Source: an uncultured virus (IMG/VR IMGVR_UViG_3300030100_000622) (lineage: Duplodnaviria; Heunggongvirae; Uroviricota; Caudoviricetes). From it: a DNA stretch of 64,000 nt. The notes beneath the pieces were generated by a model. It did not search any database. It was not told where the DNA came from and saw only the letters and a list, made by a program, of their open reading frames with translations. Positions 28,250 to 38,931 of the stretch are shown here, piece after piece (position 1 is the stretch's first letter; the number at the start of each line of letters is the position of its first letter). Position numbers and translations under genes: made by a program. The stretch lies in IMG/VR virus record IMGVR_UViG_3300030100_000622. The stretch is one strand, 5' to 3'.

Positions 28250-29064
28250 CAAACAGCAATAACAGTACGAAAGCAGTAGCGAATGAGGTAACAAACAATC
28301 AAAGAGTTTTGTTATTTCAAGATAAACTAAAGAAACAAACCGGAGAGAGATTAGCAAGAAACAACCGTCTAATTTGCGGTATTTGGGGAGAACCAAAGAC
28401 TGTCAAAAGTGGTATCGCTCTTGATTTCCCCGATAAACAAATCTATGTTTTAGATTGGGATGATGGTTGCGAACCAACATGGCGACAAAACCACGATATG
28501 ACAGATAGAATTACACTATGGAATCCTGAAGTCAGAAATCAAAACGGTGAATTAGACATACAGAAGTCTGAAGCAAATTCAGAAGATTTTGTTTTGTATG
28601 TAAAGTCTAAAATTGAAGAAGGTGAAGATGTTCTCTTTGTATTCGATGGAATTGACAAGTGGCTTGATTGTTGCACACTTCATGTAACAGGTTCTTCTAA
28701 GATTGGAAAGCCACAGAAGATGAAGTTTGAATGGGGAAAGCGTAATGCACCATTCTATTCTCTTCTAATGATGTGTAAGAATCTAAACTGCGACCAAATT
28801 TACATTACTCATGCTAAGGCCGATTATGGCGCAACAGGAGAAGTAATTGGTTCTAAACCAAATTGGCACAATTGGGGAGATTATCTGCATCAAGTAATTA
28901 ACACAAAGCGCACACTAAAGAAGGGAGATGTTGTCTATAAAGCAGAATTGCAGAGTAGTAAATCAAATACTTCTTTGGTTGGAAAGACTTGGGAAACACT
29001 AACTATTGCTAAAGGCGAAGTTAAGTGGGATGGTATTTCTGAAATGCGAGAGGGGTTAATTTGA
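28240..29064 (+). CDS. RecA-superfamily ATPase (Sak4/RadA-like)
   Basis: GEPKTVKS Walker A variant, LDWDDG, FVFDGID, YITH. Confidence 0.7.
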   Translation: MGLTNSNNSTKAVANEVTNNQRVLLFQDKLKKQTGERLARNNRLICGIWGEPKTVKSGIALDFPDKQIYVLDWDDGCEPTWRQNHDMTDRITLWNPEVRNQNGELDIQKSEANSEDFVLYVKSKIEEGEDVLFVFDGIDKWLDCCTLHVTGSSKIGKPQKMKFEWGKRNAPFYSLLMMCKNLNCDQIYITHAKADYGATGEVIGSKPNWHNWGDYLHQVINTKRTLKKGDVVYKAELQSSKSNTSLVGKTWETLTIAKGEVKWDGISEMREGLI

Positions 29065-29831
29065 GATTTACTATTGATAGTAAAGAATTCAAAGAGGCTT
29101 TAGTTAGTTTGCGTGTCAAAGGAAAACACTTGGTTACTAATGGATTAGTCAATTCAAGTCTAAGTCAATATGCTTATTGTGTATTGAAAGACGGAACATT
29201 GTCTATGTTCAATGGTGATGCGACATTTATTGCTAATGTTAGATTAGATGTCGAATCAGAGAATGAAGGTACTTTTGTATTAGACTCTGCCATTGTTGTT
29301 CCTTATCTAACTGAGTTTGATGGGGATTTACAAATAAATGTGGGTGATTATGTTACAATTCAATGCGGTACAAAGAAAGCATCTGTACCACTTGTAGTAA
29401 ATCATCCTCAAGAAAATGCACTTAGCAAGGTTCAAAATATGCTGGCTCATGTTAGATATGAACCTGTGCCTCAAACAATGTTTAACTTCGGTAAAACTTC
29501 TAAGTTTGAAGGTGCATTTACTTTGATGCAAAGCACTTTCAAAAAGACTTTGAAAACTTGTGAATTAGTCAAAAGTGGAATCTATAAATTAGATTACAAA
29601 GAAGGAGTACCTTCTTTTTCCACAAGGCTAAATGTGCAAAACAAATACAGTGAGTCACTTGAGCCTATGTTTGCTATTGGAGAAGATGCAACAATAGACT
29701 TCAGTGGCCCACTGTATGCCTTTTTCAAATCAGACCAATTACTTAATTTCTATATGAAAGATGAGTTTCCATTGTTGATTGTGTCTGATGATAGAATGCT
29801 AATTAAAGCACCATATGTAAATGGGGAATAA
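29061..29831 (+). CDS. sliding clamp (PCNA-like)
   Basis: 256 aa two-domain pattern, C-terminal PLLI...LIKAP, between RFC and PolB. Confidence 0.7.
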   Translation: MRFTIDSKEFKEALVSLRVKGKHLVTNGLVNSSLSQYAYCVLKDGTLSMFNGDATFIANVRLDVESENEGTFVLDSAIVVPYLTEFDGDLQINVGDYVTIQCGTKKASVPLVVNHPQENALSKVQNMLAHVRYEPVPQTMFNFGKTSKFEGAFTLMQSTFKKTLKTCELVKSGIYKLDYKEGVPSFSTRLNVQNKYSESLEPMFAIGEDATIDFSGPLYAFFKSDQLLNFYMKDEFPLLIVSDDRMLIKAPYVNGE

Positions 29832-29833
29832 TA

Positions 29834-31498
29834 ATGATAATATGCAAAACAAATGACAATAAAAATATTTATTCAAGTTGGAGAGAAAACGGAGAAAAGA
29901 AAAGCAAGGTTGAGGAATTTAGACCTTATTTCTATGTTCTTGACGATGCTAAAGAAATACCATCGTATAGACCTTCTAAAACTTTAATTCGACCTTTTGA
30001 ATATGAGAAGGGAGATTGGGTTAATCTTGATGGACAACCACTAAAGAAAGTATATGTGGATAATTCTTATGATATTAAGAATGCACGAAAACTATTCTCT
30101 CAAACCTTTGAAGCAGATGTTCCATATCATTTCCGCTATTGTGTGGATAATCTAAATGATATGCCAGAATACAATATGCGTAAATGGTATTGGGATATGG
30201 AATGGCAACAAGGTGGAGAGTATCATGATTGTATTACTACTATTGTAATGTATGATAATTACGATAAGCAATACTATCAATGGGTATGGTGTCCTAATCA
30301 AGAGTTTGATTTATCAGTTTTCACCAATTATGGAAATAATGAACTATTTTTATATGATAATGAAAAGGACATGATTGAATCTTTTATCAGCACGATGGTA
30401 GACAAAGACCCCGATATGTTGATTGCTTGGTTCGGTCATTTTGCAGATTTACCTAAATTGCTTGAACGAGCGTGTATTCTTGGAATTGACCCAACGGTAA
30501 TGTCACCAATCAAGTCAATTAAGGGCGTTAAGAAGGTCAAGGATGGCTTCAAATTCTCTTATGGTGAAAAGGGCTTCTCGCCTATCGAACAACCCATAGG
30601 AGGCCGCATAACCCTTTCATTAGACATGGCTTTTGAGCGTCAATGGAATGATTCTCAAAGAGGAACATTACCATCTTTGAGTCTTGATTATGTTTCTGAA
30701 AGTGTATTAGGTAAAAAGAAATTAGTGTCAGAAAAGTTTCCCGATACAAATGAGTTTTACAGACATGGTTGGTTAGAAGATACAGAAACTTATCTTGAAT
30801 ATGCTCTAAAAGATGTTGAGTTGATTGTTGAAATTGATGAAACTAATTATTGCAGTGAAGCAATTCTTTCACTTCAAAGATTATTGATAGCACCATTTGA
30901 TGCTTGTTTCTATGCTTCTCATATGGGTTCAATCTATTTTATGCGTAATGCTGATTGGAAAGCACCAACAGGAGTTAAAGTCGAAAATAGAAAACAATAC
31001 CAAGGGGCTATGATTTATGACCCGCTAAGTGAAAACACAAACGGTTTGCATTTAGGTGTAGCCGCATTTGATTATGCAGGACTATATCCAAGTATGATTG
31101 TAGCCAGAAATATTTCCTTTGAAACTAAATCAAGCGAACCAACGGAGTTTGGAGTAAATATACTAACTCCAAGAGATTTTAGCGAAGTAAAAGAAACAGA
31201 GATGGTGTATTTTAAAACAGATAAATTGGGCTTAATTCCAAGAGCAATTTTAGAATTGAAATCACTAAGAAGTAATTACAAAGCAAAGATGAAAGAAGCA
31301 AGAGAAACTAACAATGGTGAATATGCTAAGTGGTATAATAACCAAATGGCAGTAAAAAGATTATCTGCATCTTTCTATGGAATTCTCGCATTTCAAGGGT
31401 TTGGATGGGCTGATGTTGATTTAGCCGCTTCTATTACTGCAAGTGCAAGAGAAGCAATTAGATTAGCGGCATTCAAAGCAAAGGAGATGAAAGAATGA
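29834..31498 (+). CDS. polB: family B DNA polymerase, N-terminal subunit (exonuclease + motifs A, B)
   Basis: FRPYFY, FEADV, WDME, YALKD, FDYAGLYPS, K..SASFYG; ends before motif C. Confidence 0.93.
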   Translation: MIICKTNDNKNIYSSWRENGEKKSKVEEFRPYFYVLDDAKEIPSYRPSKTLIRPFEYEKGDWVNLDGQPLKKVYVDNSYDIKNARKLFSQTFEADVPYHFRYCVDNLNDMPEYNMRKWYWDMEWQQGGEYHDCITTIVMYDNYDKQYYQWVWCPNQEFDLSVFTNYGNNELFLYDNEKDMIESFISTMVDKDPDMLIAWFGHFADLPKLLERACILGIDPTVMSPIKSIKGVKKVKDGFKFSYGEKGFSPIEQPIGGRITLSLDMAFERQWNDSQRGTLPSLSLDYVSESVLGKKKLVSEKFPDTNEFYRHGWLEDTETYLEYALKDVELIVEIDETNYCSEAILSLQRLLIAPFDACFYASHMGSIYFMRNADWKAPTGVKVENRKQYQGAMIYDPLSENTNGLHLGVAAFDYAGLYPSMIVARNISFETKSSEPTEFGVNILTPRDFSEVKETEMVYFKTDKLGLIPRAILELKSLRSNYKAKMKEARETNNGEYAKWYNNQMAVKRLSASFYGILAFQGFGWADVDLAASITASAREAIRLAAFKAKEMKE

Positions 31499-31713
31499 AT
31501 AGACATAATAAGAAATGGATTAAGAAAATAATTAATGAATTAGAAGAACCTTTTACTGCTCAAAATGTAAAAGCGGCCATGATTGAAAAACATGGTACTG
31601 CTTTTACACCGAGCAACATTAGTTTAGGACAATTCCTAAACAGAATATGTGTTGTGGTAGGAAAGCATAGAGGTTCTTTATTATACAAAGTACGAATGGA
31701 GGGAGATGAATGA
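31495..31713 (+). CDS. small wHTH-like protein inside polB gap
   Basis: ATGA-coupled; PFTAQ.V...LGQFL pattern. Confidence 0.55.
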   Translation: MNRHNKKWIKKIINELEEPFTAQNVKAAMIEKHGTAFTPSNISLGQFLNRICVVVGKHRGSLLYKVRMEGDE

Positions 31714-31988
31714 AAACAAAATATGTAACAGTTAAAGTGGCTTATGACACAGAAGAAACTTGGGATATTACTTTACAAGAAGTAAAGGAGTTATTTCAAA
31801 TGATGAACAATCTAAAGCGTAATGCCATTATCATTGATATTGAACAGGGCGTGAATACAAATGATGATGGACAGAACGAATGAATTGCTTGAAGAGTTGT
31901 TGAAGATGATAGCAAGAAGCAATAAGATATTGATGATGGTAAATATCGTAAATATAGCAACCATCCTAACAATAATAATGGTGATGTT

Positions 31989-32279
31989 ATGAATAAAGAA
32001 AATGAAGAAATTAAAAGACTAACATTAGAAAATGAAGGTCTTGCCAATAGAATAGAAGAAAAGGCAGAGAAAATACAAGAATTAGACGAAAGAGTTAGAG
32101 ATTTAGAAGGCAAACTCGAAAGATTGGAAATAGAATTGGAGGGTCTATACGACCAAGATACACCGGAGATGTTTCTTTTAGCGAGAGCAGTACATGAAAT
32201 GCAACAAGACCTGCTAAAATTGCATCCTGAATTAATAATCAATAACTTAGTTTATGCACCGAATAAGGTGGGAATGTGA
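31989..32279 (+). CDS. coiled-coil protein inside polB gap
   Basis: heptad-rich, GGTGA SD. Confidence 0.6.
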   Translation: MNKENEEIKRLTLENEGLANRIEEKAEKIQELDERVRDLEGKLERLEIELEGLYDQDTPEMFLLARAVHEMQQDLLKLHPELIINNLVYAPNKVGM

Positions 32280-32488
32280 TGCCGTTCACATACAATAGAA
32301 CATGGTCTGAAATACATGATATGTTAGAGAAGGCAGAGAGAAAACAAAACATGCACTATACTAAGATGCAGAAGGCTTCTAAGAAAGAGAGAATATATCA
32401 TATGCGTAACTACAAGGCATTAGAAGGTGTAGTTAAGGCACTTAGATGGACTCTTGGAGATAAAGATATTGAACACCCATTGGAGTGA
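32276..32488 (+). CDS. hypothetical protein inside polB gap
   Basis: ALEGVVKALRWTLG helical motif. Confidence 0.6.
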   Translation: MMPFTYNRTWSEIHDMLEKAERKQNMHYTKMQKASKKERIYHMRNYKALEGVVKALRWTLGDKDIEHPLE

Positions 32489-32645
32489 TTAGAATGAATA
32501 AGAAAACAAAACAGGAATTATTAGATTGGTTTTCACTTCACATTGATGATGTGACTTCAATTGCTATTAAAAAAGACAAAGTAACTCTTTTTGTTAATGG
32601 AGTCGTTAAGGGAATTATATCTTATCAAAGAATAGGTGATTCAAA

Positions 32646-33536
32646 ATGAAAGTGGTTTATGGACATACAGATTCTATTTATGTTCAGATTGATTCAGTCG
32701 AGAAGGCTGAAAAAGCAATCAAGCAGATAGAAGAAAGCGTTAGAGAACATTTTCCTAATGTTATGGGATTAGATGAACACCCTGTTCAATTAGAGTTTGA
32801 GAAGTATTATTCGGCATTGGGCGTTGGTACAACTAAGAACCGTAACGCTGGTTTAGTATCTTGGGAGGATGGAGTTTGGTTAGATAAGCCAAAATTCACA
32901 ATGACAGGATTTACTGCCAAAAGAGTTAGTGAAACAAAGTTAGCGAAAGAAGTACAAACTAATACTCTAACAATGTGGGTTGAAAACAAATCTCATGCGG
33001 AAATCACTAATTATTTACATGGAGTTTATAGTGATACCTTGAATGGTAAAGTACCGATTACTTCAGTAATTAAAAGAAGCCGTCTTAGAAAAGATAGGCT
33101 AATGGTAAAATGTCCCAACTGCGACAAAAAATACAGTCTAAAGGAATGTCAGAAATTACAAGAATTACCATACTGTACTAAATGCTCATGTGCAGTTAAG
33201 AAGTTTGTAACGCTGGATGGTAAAACGCCTTCTTTGGGTTCCGGTATTGCTGGCGTTATTTACGGCTGGAAAAACAATATAGAGTTTGACGACTCTTATT
33301 TGTTTTTGAAAGTAAAGACAAATGAATCGTGGATTCATCCACTAAAACACGATAGAAGAAATGTTGAGTATATTTCCGGTGCAACCTTGAAGGACTTTGA
33401 TGATGTAAAGCCCGATTGGAAACATTATGCTGAACAAGTAGTGGATAAAGCAAAGCCCATTTACAAGGCTATGGGATGGGATATATCGAGCATAAGAACA
33501 AATAGAATACAAGCAAGTTTGGAGGAATGGTTTTGA
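32646..33536 (+). CDS. polB: family B DNA polymerase, C-terminal subunit (motif C, thumb, Zn finger, PIP box)
   Basis: VVYGHTDS, LEFEK, KNRNAG, CPNC..CTKC, QASLEEWF; own GGTGA SD. Confidence 0.92.
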   Translation: MKVVYGHTDSIYVQIDSVEKAEKAIKQIEESVREHFPNVMGLDEHPVQLEFEKYYSALGVGTTKNRNAGLVSWEDGVWLDKPKFTMTGFTAKRVSETKLAKEVQTNTLTMWVENKSHAEITNYLHGVYSDTLNGKVPITSVIKRSRLRKDRLMVKCPNCDKKYSLKECQKLQELPYCTKCSCAVKKFVTLDGKTPSLGSGIAGVIYGWKNNIEFDDSYLFLKVKTNESWIHPLKHDRRNVEYISGATLKDFDDVKPDWKHYAEQVVDKAKPIYKAMGWDISSIRTNRIQASLEEWF

Positions 33537-34462
33537 ATACAGAAGAAAAATACGAAGCAAAAATAAAATCAATGCAGGAATACACATACGATTGGATGCC
33601 AGAGAATTATGACGACCCTTCAAAGCCAATTTTGAAGATTAGTAAATCGTCATTAGGTTCGTTTAATTGGTGTCCTAAGAAATATGAGTTTAATTATATT
33701 GAGAAACTACCGCAAGACCAAACAGAAGCCATGATTAAAGGTACTGTACTACATAATCATCGTGAGAATTTCTTTAATATCTTTGATGTTAAGAAGGCTG
33801 AAACTCTTAACAATCAAGAGTTAATTGAATACTGTACGGGTCTTATGCCTGTTGATGATTACTTTGACATATCTCTTTCAGTGGCGGCATTTGAAGCACA
33901 GAGATTTGCAGAAGCAAAAACAGAAGAAAAGATACATGAGTATTTACCTATTGCTAATGAAGGACTATTTGATTGTGAAATAACTATCCCTGCTGGCCCA
34001 TACAAAGGTGGTGCTTGGAATGGTAATGAAGAGTTTTCATTAAATAGAGATTATGTGGTTCACCTTCAAGGTATTATTGACCGAGTATTTGTTGAAGATG
34101 GTAACTTGATTCCATTTGAATACAAGACCGGCCCTTGGAAAGATTACAAGCGTACTTCAATGCGTCAAGAAATGGCTTTCTATCAGTTAATGATTGAGAA
34201 TTGTTCTGAAGAAGTATTGACTAAGTTAGGCATTGATAAGGATATGCCGGTAACTCATTGGGGATGGTATTATCCTGTATCGAATTATGTTTATGTTGAA
34301 CCTGTTAAGCCTCGTTCAATGACTTCGGTAAAGAATAATATCGCTAAGTTACTGTATGCTTATGAGCAGAAAGAATTCCCCACCAAGTTTTATTACAAGA
34401 CTTGCTCGCATTGTTCTTACTTCGGTATATGTGATGCGGCAAATACAGATACATGGGTGTGA
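33527..34462 (+). CDS. Cas4/AddB-like PD-(D/E)xK nuclease with Fe-S cysteines
   Basis: WCP, GTVLH, GIIDR..EYKTG, Q..FY, C..C.....C. Confidence 0.88.
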   Translation: MVLNTEEKYEAKIKSMQEYTYDWMPENYDDPSKPILKISKSSLGSFNWCPKKYEFNYIEKLPQDQTEAMIKGTVLHNHRENFFNIFDVKKAETLNNQELIEYCTGLMPVDDYFDISLSVAAFEAQRFAEAKTEEKIHEYLPIANEGLFDCEITIPAGPYKGGAWNGNEEFSLNRDYVVHLQGIIDRVFVEDGNLIPFEYKTGPWKDYKRTSMRQEMAFYQLMIENCSEEVLTKLGIDKDMPVTHWGWYYPVSNYVYVEPVKPRSMTSVKNNIAKLLYAYEQKEFPTKFYYKTCSHCSYFGICDAANTDTWV

Positions 34463-34817
34463 TAAAATGACAGATAAACTACCCGAATATAATGAATATG
34501 AACCTTTAGAATGTTATAGTTGCGGAACCACAGACAATTTAGGAATTATAAGTGAAATAAGTGATTATGTGTATAGACAAGTACATTGTCTTAAATGCGC
34601 TATAGAATGGTACAAGGAGAATGATTAAAATGAAATGTAGTATATGCAAAGAAGAGATAGATAAACAACACCTTCACGGTGATATATATTGGGATGAGGG
34701 CCATAATGCTCAACCAATTAATGATGGGAGATGCTGTACTAAGTGTAATAATGAGGTAGTTATTCCTACAAGAATAGGAATGCACTTTAGGCGCAGAAAT
34801 TTTGAGAGGGAACATCA

Positions 34818-35189
34818 ATGAAAGAATTAATCAGAAAAAGAGTTTTGTCAAAGAGTTGGACATTTTCAGAAATATCTGACTTAAACAATACAATACAAAT
34901 CCTTTCTGAAGAAGTATGGTCTGAAATGACTTTACTTGAAAGAATAGATTTAGTGAGAGATGTTAGAATAAATGAAACCTTAGTAGGATGGGATTTTGAA
35001 CATGCTATTAGAGAAGTGGTGCTAACTTCTTTGAAAGGAGATATAGCAGAAGTAATTAAAAATATGCTAAGTAATGCAACAATAAATTTTGGAGGGAATA
35101 ACAATGAAATATCCGAGAGAAGTATGGGCGGGAAGCCACATAAAGAACGCCCCGCAGATGAAAAGAAAGATAGCGTGGTCGAGGAATGA
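34818..35189 (+). CDS. hypothetical protein
   Basis: 123-aa ORF. Confidence 0.55.
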   Translation: MKELIRKRVLSKSWTFSEISDLNNTIQILSEEVWSEMTLLERIDLVRDVRINETLVGWDFEHAIREVVLTSLKGDIAEVIKNMLSNATINFGGNNNEISERSMGGKPHKERPADEKKDSVVEE

Positions 35190-36135
35190 ATATGTTGAGT
35201 TTGTTAATGCTCAAAATAATAGAACAAATGTTTATACAACTGTTTATGACTTTGAACATTTTTCAGAAAAAGCAAAAATAGATTCAACAGTTATATTGGA
35301 TAGAGTGTTTTTAGATTTTGATGGACATGATAATGATTTAGAAATGGCTTGGAGAGATGTTCAAATGGTAATGCAAAGAGTTATTCAAAATGATTGGAAA
35401 CATACTCTCTTCTTTTCTGGGAGAGGTTTTCATCTGTTTCTCTTTGGAGAGCGCACGAATAATATCAGAAACATTCAAATCTTTTTTAGAGAATTTAAGG
35501 CAATACTTGACGCAAACTTCGGAGGGAAAAATACTCTTGATGAAAGAGTTGGCCAAACTACAAGATTGCGAAGAGTGCCAAATACAGTAAATATGTCGTC
35601 TGCTGATGCAAACGGCAACCCGTATTATTGCATCCCCTTGACTAAAAAAGACCTTTCATTTGGCCTTGAAAGTATCTTGTCTTTGGCTCAAGAGCCTCGC
35701 CATTTACCGTTTCAAATGGGCGGAAATAACTTGGTTGTATTCCCCGAAGCACCCCCTATTCAAGCGGTAGGGGGCGAGGTTTCAGTACCGGAAACGATAG
35801 GAAAATTGCCTATGTTGCCGTGTTTGCACAATGCGGTTATGACAGAGAATCCGTCACATATTTCAAGAGCATACTTGGTATCTTGGTATCGTGACTTAAT
35901 TACAGGATATACAGATTTGATTACTCTTGATGATAAAGTCGCTACTTTGAATTTAGTTGTTGATGAATTAGAAAGAGTATTTGCTGAATCAGATACAGTA
36001 TGGTTGGATTGGGATAAAGATACTACCAAAAAACATGCAAGGTTCACAGTGTTCAATAACTACAATACCCCTCATTGTGATAAACTAATCAATGAAGGGT
36101 TTTGTATTGGTAAATGTTGGAGGTTTCCAGAATGA
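35089..36135 (+). CDS. archaeo-eukaryotic primase, PriS fused to PriL-like C-terminal domain
   Basis: LDFD, FSGRGFH, RLRRVPNT; LPC...Y..PHC..L...G.C...C. Confidence 0.88.
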   Translation: MEGITMKYPREVWAGSHIKNAPQMKRKIAWSRNEYVEFVNAQNNRTNVYTTVYDFEHFSEKAKIDSTVILDRVFLDFDGHDNDLEMAWRDVQMVMQRVIQNDWKHTLFFSGRGFHLFLFGERTNNIRNIQIFFREFKAILDANFGGKNTLDERVGQTTRLRRVPNTVNMSSADANGNPYYCIPLTKKDLSFGLESILSLAQEPRHLPFQMGGNNLVVFPEAPPIQAVGGEVSVPETIGKLPMLPCLHNAVMTENPSHISRAYLVSWYRDLITGYTDLITLDDKVATLNLVVDELERVFAESDTVWLDWDKDTTKKHARFTVFNNYNTPHCDKLINEGFCIGKCWRFPE

Positions 36136-36460
36136 GAAAGAAAGTAAATTTTAGAATACTAAAAGAAATAACATTAAATGAATTAAATGGTGTTACAGAA
36201 GATAATATTTGGTTATGTGACTTAGTTGAACAGGTGGCTAATAAATACTCAAAAACTATGCCAGCATGGAATTTGACATCAAGAAATTATAAAAAAATAA
36301 AACAATGTGATATGATGATTTCCAATATAGCCAAAAATAATGGTTGGGGTTCAAGGCAGAAAAGAAGAGAACATACCTTATATAAGGTCGAGGGAATGGA
36401 AAAAATGTTAATCAGAGTAATAAATTCAACTCTATTGTATAGATTACAGGAGGAAGAATA

Positions 36461-37150
36461 ATGTTGATAATTGATTCAAGAGAAAACTCCCGTCTATCTA
36501 AATTAGTTATGCAACAAGCAAAGGCTATCAAAGTACCTTGCGAAAAACGCTGGATTGAGATAGGAGATTATGTATTTGATAATGTTTGCTTTGAGGCAAA
36601 ATCAACAACAGATTTCTTAGGTTCAGTAATGAATAAAAGATTATGGACTCAATTAGATAACATGGATAGACATTACGAAACTAATGTAGTTATTATCTAT
36701 GGAGATATGCAAGAAGCAATACACAATGTTATTCAGCATTCTCCAAGTAAAATGCCTATTGCTACAAGAAGTATTATGTTAAATAATAAGTTTCTTGGCG
36801 CAATAGGTCGCATTGTGTTAGATACCGATGCGAAGCCCTTTTGGGTTAAATCAGAAGAAGAAGCGGCACTAATTATAACAGCAGTTAGCAAAATGAAACC
36901 AATAACAAGAGAAACAATAGCACCACAAATATTCAAAAGAATAACAACAGATGATTTAAGAATAGATTTACTAAGCAGTATTAAAGGAGTATCAATAAAA
37001 AAGGCAAAACAAATGATAAGCCAATTTGGTTCTATCATGGAAATAGGCGAATGTTCAGCATATGAATTACAAGCCATAGAAGGAATTGGAGAAACCTTAG
37101 CCAAAAGAATAATCTCCACCCTAAATTCAGAAGAGAAGGTGAAAATATGA
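36461..37150 (+). CDS. ERCC4/XPF (Hef-like) structure-specific nuclease
   Basis: IDSRE, GDY, EAKS..DF..S, RL..QL, C-terminal tandem HhH. Confidence 0.92.
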   Translation: MLIIDSRENSRLSKLVMQQAKAIKVPCEKRWIEIGDYVFDNVCFEAKSTTDFLGSVMNKRLWTQLDNMDRHYETNVVIIYGDMQEAIHNVIQHSPSKMPIATRSIMLNNKFLGAIGRIVLDTDAKPFWVKSEEEAALIITAVSKMKPITRETIAPQIFKRITTDDLRIDLLSSIKGVSIKKAKQMISQFGSIMEIGECSAYELQAIEGIGETLAKRIISTLNSEEKVKI

Positions 37151-38688
37151 ATGACAATACAGTACAAGGCGACCAACGCCTTAATGATGATATAGAGGAT
37201 GAACAAGCATATGATGATATGCTCGTACAAAACGCAGGTATCTTTAGTGAAGCACTACCGGCAATTGTTCGAGATTTCCAGAAATCAGCAGTTGAGGTAT
37301 CACACTACAATGATATACCGGCTGGCATTTCATTCTTCAATATCTTAGGACAGATAGTGAAAGACTTCGTAATTATTCCTAATGGGAGAAACCACGAAGA
37401 TTCGAGAATCCACTTTTGTTGGGTTCAAACAAGCGGAACCGGAAAATCAACATTATGGAATTTTGTTGGGCCTGTGGCAAAAAGAACATTTGAGAAAATA
37501 AATGACACTAATCAACACCCACCATTATTGACAATGCAAGATGGATTACCAATACCTATGGTTAGAAGTTTCAACACTTTTGGAGTAACCGATTATACCG
37601 ATTCAGTTCTAATTGGAGGATTTGAAAAAGTCCTTCAAACTGAAAGAGGTGATGATGGTAATGAAAGACAAACCGGATTATGGGAGATGGAAAGAAGGCC
37701 CGGAATTTTAGAAGGTAGCGGATTAGCCCATTGGGATGAGTTTGAATACTCCGGTATTTTTAATCAGTCCTCTCATAAAGAACAAGCAATTGTTTATCTA
37801 AATACTTTGATGAACAGTCTTTCCGGTGAATCTTGGATTATTTCTAAGGCATTAGCATCATTTGGCGGAGAAATTATGGAATGTTTCTGTGAGCGTTCAG
37901 TATTGGCTATGACTTATCCTCCATCTAATTTAAATGAAATTATCGCTGAAAAGGGAGTATTACAAAGAATGCTTCTGTATGTTTGGGAGGTTCCCGAATT
38001 TATTCAACATAAGATGAGAGAAGAACAAATTGATAAAGCAGGTACTATTGAAGAAGTCAATCAACCAATTGATAGATACGCTGATGCACTATTTACTCTA
38101 TATGAAATGACTAAGAAAAGATTCCATGATGTTGGAGGCGACCCGCTTAAAACCATGAGATTTACAAGTGATTTTAATGCGGTTCTAAAGTTAGAATACA
38201 ACAACATGAAGAATTACCTTAACAATACAAGAGCAGATGTGGCTAAGTTAGCAGGTAACTTTACTACCCGTCTAATGAAGATTATGATGAAGATGTCAGT
38301 ATTATGTTCCATAGCATCAGCACCTTCAATTAACAATGAAGATGATAGATTCTTAGTCACCGGAACCAATGTTAGACAAGCGGCAACTATTGTCCGACAG
38401 TGTTATATGACTCTCGTTGATTGGTTAGAACGAAGCCTAAGAGTTAAGCGACAGTCCTTGGCAGAGCAAACGCTTGAACCTGTTTTCATGGAAATCTATA
38501 AAAATGAAAGTGAAAAGTCGGAGGATGGATTAGTCAATAAAGCGCAGTTTTTGAAGAAGGCGGGCGCAAAGGCAAAGAAATCCCAATCACAAATTTACAG
38601 ACATTATGAAAGAATCCGTCATAAATTTGAAGAAGAAAAGCATGGTCGCAGTACATACATAAGGCGAATAGGAGTGGATGAAGAATGA
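37147..38688 (+). CDS. MCM-like AAA+ replicative helicase
   Basis: SGTGKS, G.L..WDEFE, LQRM arginine finger, C-terminal wHTH. Confidence 0.7.
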   Translation: MNDNTVQGDQRLNDDIEDEQAYDDMLVQNAGIFSEALPAIVRDFQKSAVEVSHYNDIPAGISFFNILGQIVKDFVIIPNGRNHEDSRIHFCWVQTSGTGKSTLWNFVGPVAKRTFEKINDTNQHPPLLTMQDGLPIPMVRSFNTFGVTDYTDSVLIGGFEKVLQTERGDDGNERQTGLWEMERRPGILEGSGLAHWDEFEYSGIFNQSSHKEQAIVYLNTLMNSLSGESWIISKALASFGGEIMECFCERSVLAMTYPPSNLNEIIAEKGVLQRMLLYVWEVPEFIQHKMREEQIDKAGTIEEVNQPIDRYADALFTLYEMTKKRFHDVGGDPLKTMRFTSDFNAVLKLEYNNMKNYLNNTRADVAKLAGNFTTRLMKIMMKMSVLCSIASAPSINNEDDRFLVTGTNVRQAATIVRQCYMTLVDWLERSLRVKRQSLAEQTLEPVFMEIYKNESEKSEDGLVNKAQFLKKAGAKAKKSQSQIYRHYERIRHKFEEEKHGRSTYIRRIGVDEE

Positions 38689-38927
38689 AGTGGGAAAACA
38701 CATATCTTATCTTTGAAGTAGCGAAAGGGCCAAAAGTAATAACAGATTCGTTAGATACTTATGGTGACGATGGATGGGAATGTGCGTCTATGTTATTAGT
38801 CGCAGGTTCCAAAATCGTTTGTTTCCTAAAGAGAAGAACCGATACAGAAGAACCCGTAAATAAAGAAGAAGAGAAGATTAGCAAACTATGGTCGTCTAAT
38901 TCCTCTTCTTCTGCAAGTAAGGAATGA
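38685..38927 (+). CDS. DUF4177-like small protein
   Basis: MKWE...L..YG.DGWE...FLKR. Confidence 0.6.
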   Translation: MKWENTYLIFEVAKGPKVITDSLDTYGDDGWECASMLLVAGSKIVCFLKRRTDTEEPVNKEEEKISKLWSSNSSSSASKE

Positions 38928-38931
38928 TAGC

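Noticed and set aside
31499..32645. Intein or self-splicing/BHB intron interrupting polB
   Set aside because: No intein terminal motifs, no BHB pairing seen at the borders, and the C-half has its own SD
33527..34462. Cas4-like gene as part of a CRISPR-Cas system
   Set aside because: No cas1/cas2 or array; solo Cas4-like nucleases are common in viral replication modules
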